Below, in pieces: positions 24,750 through 37,814 of a stretch of 64,000 nucleotides of DNA. Position numbers and translations under genes: made by a program. Source of the DNA: Octopus vulgaris (Eukaryota). The notes beneath the pieces are model-generated. The model searched no databases. It was not told the origin of the DNA and was given only the letters and a program-made list of their open reading frames with translations. Location: contig OX597822.1 in NCBI GenBank assembly GCA_951406725.2, forward strand, positions 77,066,001-77,130,000, in the 5' to 3' direction. Each line of letters starts with the position of its first letter. The stretch's first letter is position 1.

Positions 24750-26260
24750 ATATTTAAAGAGATTTTCTTAAAAGTTACCGATTATTTCAAAAAGACTTTT
24801 GATAGCAGAATCGTACGAATTTTTTCGCATTGTGTGTAATGTGTATAAGCGCTTTCGTTGTTCAACATTTCATCAGATGTGTTCTGGGCTAATCCGTATA
24901 GAGCAAGTTGTTTCTTGTAATTGTTTTGACTATTACTGATTTGATTTGGTATTTTTTATTCTTAGAAAATATTCCTCTCTTGTCTTTTGTAGTTATTCAT
25001 CTTCGTCTTTAATTTTGAAAAAAAATATTTTGAATTTCCCATTTGCACAAACTTATAGATGTTCACTACATGCAACAGTTCTATGAGATGAATCTTCAAT
25101 TCCTGTTTGTGCACCTTCACACGGCTGGTTAGTTTTGTTCTTGTTACTCTGATATAATTCTCAATGCATTGCGAGCATGTGATGAATTAGATGAGACCTT
25201 TTTGTTTTCCAACTCTTGGTCGCATTCATTTTCAATTCCTTTCCATCTTTGAATCTTTTGGTTGTTCAGTTAAATAACACAACGCGAGTCCTCACAGTTT
25301 GTTACCTACATTAATTCTTCCGACGCTGTGAATATCGCCCTTGTTAGAAGTATTTTGAGAATTGGTGGTTGCTTTCGGCTGTTGATGATTTGTAACCGAA
25401 TTGAAAGGTATCGTTTGGCCGAATGAAGAATATTGTAGTTTCTAGGATTATAGGTGACTACAAATGGAATAGTTATATTTGTGATTGTGCTTTGCCCTCA
25501 CTGAAAGTGCTTCACTGTAAGGCAGTAATTGGGCTAATTTTTTGTTTGTTTTTACTTTGGTTATGGCAAGATTTATTAAATTTTGGGGTATTTTTGTTTC
25601 TGAAAGAACACATTGTCATACCAGTCATTCCTCTCGTTTCCTTGAGTCTGTAAATCTTGAGTATATATATCTTGCCATATTGGTATGTTCCTTTTGGTGT
25701 GGAAAGGGTGGCAAAATCTAAAATCTAAATATTGGTGCATGTCTGTGTTCTTGCAGTGAAGATCGGTTATAACTGTTTCATTTTCTTTAATTACCAGAAT
25801 ATTCAATAAACAAAGTTCCTTTCATTTGTTTCCATAATAAACTGGCTTGATTCATGAATGCTACTTATTAATATATGCAATTTTGTAAGGTCCTTCTTAC
25901 TTTTGTCCTAAAATATGAAGCGATCATCAAGGAATCTTTTCTAGTTTCCAATTAAATTTGATCAAAAGTAACTCCCGACTGGGTAAAAAAATTTTATTCC
26001 AGAATTCCTATTGCTAGTTGTGCAAATAGCAGTGCGACTTTTGTTCCCATTGTGGTACCTTGTATTAGGTACTTTGGTTGTCAAAGAACAAGTTCTGGTT
26101 ATCTAATTCTAATCATAACCATTCAAGTATAAATTCTTTTGGGAATCCCTCCCGAATTCTTTGTATATATTTGTCTATCTAGAATTCTACTCCTTGTAAT
26201 CCTACTCCATGTAGGAATTTTTGTGTAGAGACTCGTTACAACAAATCATCTCATAATCTG
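24750..26260 (-). mobile_element. Decayed Penelope-like retroelement (RT plus GIY-YIG, Neptune-like)
   Basis: Minus-strand motifs occur in order: VTSLYTKIP (~26240), QGTTMGTK (~26060), KRFLDD (~25935), ITDLHCKNTDMHQYLDFRFCHPFHTKRNIP (25680-25770) and NYIRVTRTKLTSRVKVHKQ (~25105-25160). There are many stops and frameshifts. Confidence 0.8.
24845..24881 (-). ncRNA. Minimal hammerhead motif just 3' of a PLE ORF
   Basis: Minus strand reads cacat-CTGATGA-aat-GTTG-aa-CAAC-GAAA-GCGC-TT|at. Stem III is palindromic and stem I is eroded. Confidence 0.55.
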
Positions 26261-26382
26261 TTATTCTTGGAACATGCTTTTAGGAGTCCATATCAACTCT
26301 GATGAAGCTAGGGACCGGTTTGTACTACAGTATAAAATTATATCAAACAAATTGCCTAATTGTTGGGTACTAGATCCCAATT

Positions 26383-26548
26383 CACAAAAAAAAAACGTCG
26401 AACACAATGAGAAACGAAAACATAGACACAAACCCAAGGAACTGGACATTTTTTTAAACAACAAAAAAATAGAGTACAGGAAATTAACACAAAGAAAAAA
26501 CCCCTTCTTCAGTCGCCATGGTTTCATCTACTCTACGTTTCGAAGGTG
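26383..26548 (-). mobile_element. PLE pLTR-like fragment
   Basis: Minus strand starts ttcGAAACGTA (3' half of a minimal hammerhead) and continues into a T-rich tail like those at 38630-38720 and 44420-44525. Confidence 0.4.
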
Positions 26549-26787
26549 TATATATATATATATAAAGTTGGTTAGAGGATATGTTAACCTCATAAAGGGA
26601 TGGTTACATCCAAGGAAATACTGGTTCTATACCTAGTACTGTTGGGGAATGTAATTTCTTTAAATCGATAGGCATATATTAATAGTTATATATATTTGTG
26701 TCTGTGTGTGTCTATGTGTGTGTATAATTTATAGATTTGAACTAGATATTTTCTGTCCTCTCTCTCTCACTGTGTGAGTATGTATAT

Positions 26788-26842
<55 letters not shown>

Positions 26843-28996
26843 AAAGTATAAAAATATACAAACTGGGACAATAACAGGAAACATTTAGAAGACGACACAA
26901 AAAAAAACATATATATATATATATATATTTGCAGTAACATCTTCAACAACCTAACATTAATTATACAAGGCTGAATGGCGATTCTCACATGTTCCGTTCA
27001 CAAAAGTCACATATGACACACGGATCGGACAACCAATTTGAGAAAGTAGTATTTATGTCACCTTTTTTGTCACTGACATTTCAAATATGAAATCAATAAT
27101 TAACTCTCGAGTCGTAAGGTCAAACTTATTAACACCACATCACAAGCATTCGTGCATAGCAGTATTTCCTAAGATTCTGATATCACACTTTTCTCATTCT
27201 TTATTTATATATTCCATCGATTACTAATCTTTCGCCACCCATCACATCTGGGCATGTTACTAGTACTTTTGAAGTTAATTATTGTCTGCTTGAGTTAGAT
27301 AAACTTAAGATAATAAACCTGCACTTCTCCTTAATGCCATGTCAACTTTGGAGAATCCTTGAGTCTTGAGGTTATGCCCCCTTGTATACAATTATTGTGA
27401 CTTGCTTTTGATAACTACAATACATGCTCTTAATGCGGGGAAATATTTAATAACTCGAGAATTTATGCTGTATGATACATAACGTACATGCATTTGTCTA
27501 TATTACACATATACGTGCCATTGGTTACTCTGAGTTATTTCTCTTAGCTCATTTGCTTTTAAATTATGCAAATTACCTAGGCCGTAAATTTGTTCTGATT
27601 GTTCTCATATATAAGTCTATGTCCCTTGGCTACCGCAGATAAGGTTGTGCTGATGATGTTTATTGAGAGCGAAATATGTGTTTGCGACTGTCGTCCTTAT
27701 CTCCAACCAATAAGTCTGCCCTGTTCTTTAATGGCATGTCAGATTTGGAAAATTCTTGAATCTTGAGATTATCTTCCCTTTTCACATGTAACTGGTCTTA
27801 GTTGTTCTATGGCTCTTATAATACACCCTCCCGAGGTGGAGATAATTTTAATAAATCAAGGACTCTTGTATGGTATTTAGTGTACCTTTATTTATCTATG
27901 TGGTTGAAATATGTCACTTTGAATTAGTTTTCTTAATTTATTTCTGTTTAAATACTAATTAAGTGTCCTAACTTCGGGTAACACGATAAAGTGCCTGCAT
28001 CAGATATGAACGCAAGCTCAATGAGCTGGCAGTTAAGCATATTATTTTCAAAAGCTATTTCAACTTGTATATTAGCTATGGAGAAGTCCCCGAAAGCTAT
28101 GAGCATGGCTCAAGGACTAGAAATAAATGAAACAACATAACATAGGCATATGTATTTTTATAAGGAACCCTACTGTGATTAAGTAACGAAGATATCCTAG
28201 CAAATATAGCACAGTTGCCATAACAACAGATCTACTTAATAGTATTTGTAGAACTATAGCCAAAGCAACTAAAAGATTGGAGTCTGTTTTGAGAATGATC
28301 TAGTCGCCTTGGTAACATACCGTTCAGGGAAACAGCACAACTACTTACATTTCCGCTGAGTAACACCATAGTTTTAAACAAGCAATACTTCTAATACTGG
28401 ACACTCATCGCCAAATATTACAGATGCTCATTTATTTTCTTATACAAATATTGGACGTGGTACCAATTTAAGAAACCAGTAAATCTGATACTATAAAAAC
28501 AAATTCAAGAAGTTCTGAGTTCGTACGATCTTCCTGAAAAAGGGACTTCCAATCTGTTTCTATCTATGTCGAACTGAAAAAAAATATTAAAAGAGATACG
28601 GCGCACCGACGGTTTCTTAACTGTATGAAAATTGGTTTTAAATTAGAGATAAGCACTTGCACTGCAGTTCACGGCAAAGAAATACATTTGCCGTTATTAA
28701 AATCTTTCAAGTTTTTCAAATAGCCTTTTTACCATTAAGCAAGACATTTTCCAACCAGCAAGACTTCTCACGTCCCAAAAGGCAGCCATACTTTTGGTTC
28801 TTTGCCAAGAAGCCCCCTGTCAATTTTGCAGAATCCTCGAACACATAATCACTCACCAGCACAGATATCTCTGTCGACGCTATTTCTCTAAAAGAAATAG
28901 CGAAACGAAGCTGCCTCCGTCGCTGCCCATTTTTCTATTCGATGCACACAAAAACAGTCCATTTTTGATTCAATTTCTCGAACCGAACATACATGA

Positions 28997-29190
28997 AGGC
29001 GGCGAGCTGGCAGAAACGTTAGCACGCCGGGCGAAATGCTTAGTGGCATTTCATCTGTCTTTACGTTCTGAGTTCAAATTCCACCGAGGTCGACTTTGCC
29101 TTTCATCCTTTCTGGGTCGATAAATTAAGTACCAGTTGCGTACTGAGGTCGATCTAATCGACTGGCTTTGTGCCTAGAGCAGAAAAGAAT
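28997..29190 (+). mobile_element. Meta-domain SINE
   Basis: Head, B box and Meta core. Confidence 0.85.
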
Positions 29191-29289
29191 TTCTCGAATG
29201 TACTTGATTGTTTTATACCAAGTAAAGAAATTCTTGCTAACGACTGCAATCGACAGGTCGATAATAACCGGTGCTAAATCGTTTGAGTC

Positions 29290-29602
29290 CCAATAACTTA
29301 GCGCATCAGCAAGAAGAACACGATAGAAAAAAGTACTTTACTTTGAAGAAAATTCAAAGTAATGGGATCTATTTATTCGACTAAACTCTACAATGGTGTG
29401 CCCCAGCATGTCCGTAGACATGATACAAATGAAATAAACCAATGTTGGTGTGTTTACTCCCCCGTAACTTAACGGTTCGGCTAAAGAGAACGATAGAATA
29501 AGTACTAGGCTTACAAAGAATGAGTCCTGGGGTCGATTTATTTGCCTAAAAAGCGGTGCTCCAGCATGACCGCAGTCAACTGACTAAAACAAGTAAAAGA
29601 GT
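29290..29602 (+). mobile_element. Two bipartite-SINE 3' halves
   Basis: aacttagcg...gatagaa..aagtact...ccagcatg motifs occur twice. Confidence 0.7.
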
Positions 29603-29678
29603 ATTTAAAATTAATATAAACCGCAGTTTTCAATGCTTTTGTGTATGTGTGTGTGTGTGTGGGGGTGTTCTTGTTGGG

Positions 29679-29803
29679 GTGAATCTAACGGATTTTGTGT
29701 GTTTTTAAATGGCTTATAAACACCTTCCACGTTGCAATTGTTTTTTTTTGTTTCAGCATACGATCTCAGATCAGGTCACTTGCTATGCAAGTACATCTCC
29801 GTA
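29679..29803 (+). mobile_element. 3' fragment of the 13261-13582 PLE-type mini-element
   Basis: gtgaatctaacgg...cgatctcagatcaggtcacttgctatgcaagtacatctc matches 13460-13580. Confidence 0.85.
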
Positions 29804-29840
<37 letters not shown>

Positions 29841-29843
<3 letters not shown>

Positions 29844-30046
29844 CAATAATAATTCTCTAAAAGAGATATAGACAGTAACTGCTCGATAACATAAGGGACT
29901 AAAGCCATCTGAATATGGCTAGGGACAGGGCAGGGTGGTGGGGGTGTTACTGTTGCATTTAGCCCCAGGCGAACATCGACGTCACCAGAAAGGCTCGACA
30001 CCGTCACGGTGTCCTTATCCTGCAAAGGGAGGTAATTCCCCGATGA
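29841..30046 (-). mobile_element. 5'-truncated copy of the 360-nt retrozyme-like element
   Basis: Reverse complement of 48313-48518 with 2 substitutions. It has the same 3' end abutting (TA)n. Confidence 0.92.
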
Positions 30047-30356
30047 GCAGTAGTAGTATTCCCTTCATGAGACTGTCACATTAAGTTGACAGCATACAAC
30101 TACTTTATCGTATCACTACAGTAATTAATCTCTCTGGGAGATTTAGAAATGTATCATATATATATATATATATATACATATATATTTATTTATTTATATA
30201 TACGTAAATATCTATGAGGATAATAAATGTTTATAATAATACCAGCATGCATAGAAAACCTATAACGGTAAAAATTAATAATTAATAATTTTGGTTACTA
30301 ACAAGTATTACCGGCATGCTAAATATAGCAGTCAAAATGACCAAACCATAAATTTT

Positions 30357-30427
<71 letters not shown>

Positions 30428-30884
30428 TGTGTGTGTAGTGTATCGATATCAATCGAGTCTAAGCAGAAGCTGCTGCGATGGTAACTGGGGCAGGAAATAC
30501 ACAAACATACAATCTCTCAAATAACACGTATAAAAAGAAAACAGAAAAGCGAAGAATCCGTGCCAACCAACTGTTAAAGGTGACTTACCGTCACCTTTAA
30601 CAAATTGCATAGACACAGATTCTCTTCCTCCTTTTCCCTGTAGTTGCTTCTCCACCATTTCCTAATAATGTATCATCCTCCAGAGTTCTTTCACTCACTG
30701 TCTCTGAGTGCACTTAGATACAGAAGCGTACGTATAAACATCCGTGCGTGTAATTATATATATATATATATATATACATACATACATACATGTGTGTGTG
30801 TGTGTGTGTGTGTTCGCGCGCGTATATATGTGTGTGTGTGTATATATGTATGTATACATACATATATGTATATATATGTGTGTG

Positions 30885-30921
<37 letters not shown>

Positions 30922-30948
30922 ACATATATATATATATATGTGGATATA

Positions 30949-30985
<37 letters not shown>

Positions 30986-31126
30986 GTGTGTACATATATA
31001 TATCTATATATATGTATATATTTACATATATATATATACATACACACATATATATACACACATATATATATGTGTATATGTATGTATGTATATATTTCTA
31101 TGCATTTGTGTGTCTGTCTGTATGTG

Positions 31127-31275
31127 TACTCCCCTATACACCAAATGGGCCAACAGCTGGAACAAAGGTACACACAGGAGTGGTGATGTGAAACACCCCA
31201 CACTGAGGAATTCCGAAAGACCACGGTGGTGCTCCAGTATGACCGCAACCGCATGACTGAAACGAGTAAAAGAAT
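31127..31275 (+). mobile_element. 3' UTR fragment of the CR1/L2-group LINE
   Basis: Matches 37283-37430 (caacagctgg...gagtggtgatgtgaaac...aaagaccacggtggtgctccag...gaaacgagtaaaaga). Confidence 0.85.
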
Positions 31276-31434
31276 ATACATATAATACACGCACACATGC
31301 ACACACACACACACACACACATACATACATACATACATACATACATACATACATACATACATACATACATACACACCTATGTATGTATGTATGTATGTAT
31401 ACATCTATACACACAAACACCATGTATGTATGTA

Positions 31435-31510
<76 letters not shown>

Positions 31511-31834
31511 CATCCATCCATCCATCCTTCTATATATCTATCTATCTATAGCAACCAAAACTTGACTCTAAGACCACATTATGTGCTCGTGGTCTTAGAG
31601 TCAAGTTTTGGCTGCTGTATCTAGCATGGTGGTATCTCTTAGATACCCTTAATTATAATATTAATAATAATTATTACCTTCGAGGTGTTTATTCATATGC
31701 TGGCCACATGATAAAATCGGTATTCTAAATAACGATCTTATCCTTATTCATATGAAGTTATATGAGTCCTGGGGTCGAATTGCTCGACTAAAAGGTGGTG
31801 CTCCAGCATGGCTGCAGTAAAAGAAAGTAAAAGA

Positions 31835-31903
<69 letters not shown>

Positions 31904-31927
31904 GATGGATGGATGGATGGATGGATG

Positions 31928-31988
<61 letters not shown>

Positions 31989-32199
31989 GTTGATATAGGT
32001 ATAGATATCATATATATGTGTTTGTGTGTGAGTATTTTATGCCTTTATTCGAATAAATCTGGAAATGCTTCTGTTTATACGTAATGTGTAAACGTGCGTG
32101 CGCGTGCGATTTAAATGTCATGTTTTCTTAGTCAATATTTACGTTCAGTTAAACTCTGTCTGCCAGTCTCAGTACAGTAACGGACAAAAATGACTTGCG

Positions 32200-33230
32200 A
32201 TATTTAAATAGCTTTACGTTCGAAGTTCTCATTCTGCTGAGGTCGATATTGCTTTTCCATTTCTGAGGAGTCGACAGAATAAAGAACGAGATAAGTAATA
32301 AGGTCGATATCGATATAATCTACAATGCCCATCGTCCCTTAATTTTGATGCCTTTGACTTATGTCAGAAATTGATATTTAAGATGAGGGTGGCGAGCAGG
32401 CAGAAACGTTAGCACGGGGAAGGGGGGGGGGGGAAATGCTTAGCGGTATTTCGTCTGCCGTTACGTTCTGAGTTCAAATTCCGCCGAGGTCGACTTTGCC
32501 TTTCATCCTTTCGGGGTCGATAAATTAAGTACCAGTTACGCACTGGGGTCGATATAATCGAGTTAATCCGTTTGTCTGTCCTTGTTTGTCCTTTCTGTGT
32601 TTAGCCCCTTGTGGGTAGTAAAGAAATAGGTATTTCGTCTGCCGCTATGTTCTGAGTTCAAATTCCGCTGAGGTCGACTTTGACTTTCATCCTTTTCGGG
32701 GTCGATAAATTAAGTTACCAGTTGCGTACTTGGGTCAATCTAACCAACTGGCCCACCCACTCCCCAAAACTTTCGGGCCTTGTGCCTGGAGTAGAAAAGA
32801 ATCGTAACCGCACCGGACAAAATGCTTAGCAGCATTTCGTCCGTCTTTACGGTTGGAGTTCAAATTCCGATGAGGTCAGCTATGCCTTTTCACTCTTTCG
32901 GAGTCGATAAAATAAGTATCATTTCAGCACTGGGATCGATGTAATCGACTTGACCCCTCTACGGAACTTGCTGGCCTTGTGCCAAAATTTGAAACCGATC
33001 TTTAAGACCAGATGAAGGCTGCAAACTGGCATAATCGTTAGCGCGCCGGGTGTAACACTCAGCGACATGGCATCCGTCTTTACATTCTGAGTTCCAATAC
33101 AACCGATGTCGACTTTGCCGTTCATCATTTTGAGGTCGATAAAATAAATTACCACTTAAGCACTTGAGTCGATGTAATTGCATTCCCCTCTTCTCAAAAA
33201 CTTCTAGCCCCGTGCCCAAATTTGAAACGA
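32200..33230 (+). mobile_element. Cluster of about 5 Meta-domain SINE units of different ages
   Basis: Repeated B-box/Meta cores at about 32240, 32490, 32675, 32875 and 33110, with the junction gaaataggtatttc at ~32623. Confidence 0.8.
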
Positions 33231-33404
33231 TTATTATCTCTTATTTTCCAAAATATGTTACGGTTCAGTGGTCACATCCTTGTCATACATTTATCATCTT
33301 TCACGCAACGAGATTAGCTACTTAGAAATCATGCAGACCATTAACCAGGTCTCCTCCCAACCTCAAGAACAATAGGAATAGAATCGCTATCTGCTACTTC
33401 AGCT

Positions 33405-33810
33405 TGGAAAATTCCAAGGAAGGGGAGGAGGGGAACCTGGAAAGTTTCAAGGAAGGGGAGGAGGGGGAATAATAAATTTCTTGGAAAGTTCCGAGGAGGG
33501 GGAGGTACTTCATGAAAAGTTCCGAGGGGGAGGTACTTCATGGAAAGTTCCGAGGAGGGGGAGGTACTTCATGAAAAGTTCCGAGGAGGGGGGTACTTCC
33601 TAGAAAGTTCCAAAGAAGGGGAGGAGGGTAATACCCAACTTCCTGGAAAGTTCCGAGGAGGGGGAGGTACTTCATGGAAAGTTCCAAGAAAGGAGAGGAG
33701 CGATATAGGAAGTACTTCCACCTTCTCGGAACTTTCTAGGAAGTTGACTATTCCTACTCCTCCCCTTCCTTGGAACTTTCCAGAAAGTACCACCCCATCC
33801 ACGGAACTTT
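33405..33810. repeat. ~31-bp G-rich minisatellite (GGAAAGTTCCGAGGAGGGGGAGGTACTTCAT) ending in inverted units
   Basis: About 9 direct aaagttcc-type units at 33405-33690 and inverted ggaactttc-type units at about 33729, 33772 and 33803. Confidence 0.85.
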
Positions 33811-34146
33811 TAGTGGAAGAAATCGACCCCAGTACTTATTCTTTGTAAGCCTAGTACTTATTCTATCGGTCTATTTTGCTGAACCGCTAAGTTTTGGGGG
33901 AAACAAGCACATCAACATCGTTTGCCAAGCAATGGTGTGGAGACAAACACACAAACAAAGACATACACAAATAAATATATATACATATATACGACAGGTT
34001 TCTTTCAGTTTCCGTCTACCAAATCCATTCACAAGGTTTTGGTCGGCCCAAGGCTATGGCAAAAGACACTTGCCCAAGGTGCCACGCAGTGGGACTGAAC
34101 CTAGAACCAGATGGTTGGGAAGCAAGCTTCTTACCACAAAGCCACG
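33805..34146 (-). mobile_element. Bipartite tRNA-SINE
   Basis: Reverse-complement match to 51095-51478. Confidence 0.88.
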
Positions 34147-34184
34147 CCAGCACCTTGATTGCATTTAATCAGTTAATTTAAATG

Positions 34185-34378
34185 GTTTCAAATTTTGGCG
34201 CAAAGTGGTGGGCAAGTCGAATACGTCGACCTCAGTGCTCAACTGGCTCTTATTTTATCGACCCCGAAAGGATGAAAGGCAAAGTCTACCTCGGCTGAAT
34301 TTGAACTCAGAGCGTAAAGGTGGACGAAATGCCGCTAAGCATTTCGCCCGGCGTTCTATCAGCCAGCTCGTCGCCTTC
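34185..34378 (-). mobile_element. Meta-domain SINE
   Basis: atcgaccccgaaaggatgaaaggcaaagtc...gccagctcgtcgcc. Confidence 0.85.
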
Positions 34379-34774
34379 ACTACTTCAACAATATATATAT
34401 ATATATAAATTAAAGTAGGAAGTTGTCCAAATTAAAGAAATAGAATCGTGCCGTTGTGAAAAGTAGTTTTGTATATTTAAAAATATTCAGATAAGATATT
34501 TGAAATGCCATGAATATCAATAGAGAATACAATTGGTTCTAAAAAATTTTACCCAGAGAAGACGATTTTGTATATTTATATACAAATATAAAAATAGCCA
34601 ATGAATACTAATGCATGATACTATTCAACTGATATTTTAAATAAGAAAATGATTATAATTTTTTTGTAGAAGTCATATAAACTATTGCGTCTTCTGAAAG
34701 AGAAGCGAAGAAACACTCCTATACAAAATTGGAGCCAAGTACGTGCAAATCTCTGCTGTTATTCGGAACATCTA

Positions 34775-34834
<60 letters not shown>

Positions 34835-35525
34835 CTTTCACACACACACTCTCCTTCTCCCCCTCTCTCTCTCTATTTGTCTATCTATCACACACACACA
34901 CTCTCTCTCCTTCTCCCTCCCACTCTCTCTCTCTGTCAATCTATCCATCTATCACCTACACACACGTACGCACACACACACACGCACACACATACACACA
35001 CAATAAACACACGCTCGCACACACATATACATATATTGCTTCATGTGGAGCGAAAGCGAAAAGTGTGCTCTCGAGTCGGAAGGCAAAGTCTTACAATATC
35101 AATACAAACACATACACATACACACACACACGTTATATTAACTATGTATATGAAATATTTATATATACATGTATATACAACGTGTGTGTGTGTGTGTAGA
35201 CGAATATGCATAAAAATATACAAAACACAGCGTGAATCAGAGAAATAGAAATACACATAAACATTAGAAACCCTAACTGTGAGAGAAATTGTAAAAGTTT
35301 AAGCATATTCCTTCTATGCTTGTACGAATAAATGAAGTGGGAGAGTTTCCTTACAGACCGTTTCGTAGGTTCCTAACTGCTCCTCAGAGAAGATGTATCC
35401 AATTTTATTCAATCAGTTTAGCTGTTGTATGTAGCATCATAAATTAAGCTCTCACGGTAGTAGAAAACATCATTTGAAAGTTTGTGCTTTTGTACCTGGT
35501 AATTAATAAATACATATCTTATGCA

Positions 35526-35760
35526 GGGCGGCAAGCTGGCAGTATCGTTAGCACGCTGGGCGAAATGCTTAGCGGTATTTCGTGTGGTGTTACGTTCTGA
35601 GTTCATAATCCGTCGAGGTCAACTTTGCCTTTCATTCTTTCGGGGTCGATTAAATAAGTACCCGTTACGCACTGGGGCCGGTGTAATCGACTTAATCCCT
35701 TTGTCTGGCCTTGTTTGTCCCCTCTATGTTTAGCCCCCTATGGGCAATAAAGAAATAAAT
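35526..35760 (+). mobile_element. Meta-domain SINE monomer
   Basis: Head, core and tail ending aaagaaataaat. Confidence 0.88.
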
Positions 35761-35972
35761 ATATTCAGTTGCTCAGATTGTGAGTTCAATGCTCTAGCCA
35801 CCGAGCCATGCGTCTTCACACACACATACACGTGTGTGTGCGTGTTTCGCATTGAAAGTAACAAACATAGAACACAAACACGAGTGTATATATATTCTAT
35901 TATTGATTTTTAGCAGGAGCTACAAAGTGACTCAAAGGCTGAGACTTTCGTGCGTTAGCACTTATCAAGAAT

Positions 35973-36003
<31 letters not shown>

Positions 36004-36006
<3 letters not shown>

Positions 36007-37433
36007 TAATGTCATGGAGCGGATCATTAGAGAGAAGTTTATAATGTTCCTAGAAGAAAATGACCGACTGAACAATACACAGCATGGCTTCCGTCCAGGA
36101 AGAAGATACTTCACACAACTCCTACAACACTATGACTGGGATTTTAAACAACTGCTTGACCATTCAGATATCAGCGTGATATTCCTTGATTTTGCATAGA
36201 CATTTGATAAGGTAAGTCACGGCATGATATGGCATAAACTACGAGACCTTGGCATTGCTGATAAACTGGGAGAGTGACTGGATGACTTCCTGAAAGACAG
36301 AAGTCAGGTAGTTGCAGCCAATGGTGCCATTTCTGTGGAAAATCAGTCCTAAGTGGCGACCCCAGAGAACTAATTCTGAGACCATTACTGTTCAATATAA
36401 CCTTATTAGACATGCCTACGGTCACTCGGACAGCCACTGTCACTAGCTATACTGGTGATACAAAACTACCACACGCAATAAAAAATCAAGATGACGTCAC
36501 AAGCTTATAACGGACCTGAATTCGATATACAAGTGGTCCGAAATAAACAACATGTAGTTTAATGCTGAAAATTTCAAGCACTGAACTATCAACTCACGAA
36601 TGTACTACAATCCCAGAGTCACAGGCAATGAAAGACTTCGGGATCCGTATGTGCAATGACGCATTATTTTATATGCACATTACCAAGATGGCAGCAAAGT
36701 GCAGACAACCGGCAGGATGGATATTCAGATCTTTCAAGACAAGTGACTAAGAAACTATGTTGACCCTGTGAAGAACCTTTGTTCTCAGCCACCTGGACTA
36801 CTGCTCCCAGTTATGATCACTACATAGTGACAAACTAACAACAGAGCTTGAAACAGTCCAACACCACTGCATTAAAAAGACTGTAACAGTGCAGCGGATG
36901 AGCTACAGGGAGAGGCCGAGAAAACTGCAACTTTACTCCAGGGAGCGAAGGTGCGAGAGACATGCAATAATCTACATATGTAAAACTCTAGAGGAGCTAG
37001 TACCTAATTTCGCCATTGGGTGTTATACAAATGCCAGAACTGGCCACCATTGCATTGTACCAAAAGTACCATCCACTCCATCTAAATTCAGAACCAGGTA
37101 CTACAATAGTCTAGGGTCCAAAGGCCTACAGCTCTTCAATACTTTGTCAGAAGAATTAAGAAATCTGCATAAAGTGGAGGTAGATGTCTTCAAAAAGGAC
37201 CTAGACATCCTCCTCTCCACAATACCGGATGAACCAACAGCCCAACATTAAGTGCAGACGAGGGCAAGGGCAGCGGAATCAAACTCCCTTATACAGTAAA
37301 TAGGACAACAGCTGGGACAAAGACACATACAAGAGTGGTGATGTGAAACTCTCCAGACTGAGGAGATCAGAAAGACCACGGTGGTGCTCCAGCATGGTCG
37401 TAGCTGCATGGAGGAAACGAGTAAAAGAGTAAA
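36004..37433 (+). mobile_element. 5'-truncated, decayed CR1/L2-group LINE (RT domain to 3' tail)
   Basis: RT motifs VMERII...QHGFRPGR...VIFLDFA*TFDKVSHG, ILRPLLF and YTGDTK (YADD-like). The C-terminus reads SRERRCERHAIIYICKTLEELVPN...LLSTIPDEP, and the 3' tail ends gtaaaagagtaaag. Confidence 0.88.
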
Positions 37434-37452
37434 GGTATGTGTGTATACACAC

Positions 37453-37544
<92 letters not shown>

Positions 37545-37814
37545 CCATGTATACATATGTATGAACTCAATACTTTTGGTAGAGTGTTAGAGTGTTAATG
37601 TATAAACAAGAACTGCATTGTCAGTGACTTCGAAATGTTGGCCAGACAATCAAATGATGGCTGAATTGACCGAAATTCGAAGTCACTCCGAATACCATTC
37701 TTGTTACAGAATATTATATATATCTGTAGATGTTTTACTATATTTTGAAAGAACTATTTTTCTATATGTATATATATATGTGCGGATGTTTTGTACATAT
37801 TATTATTATTATTA

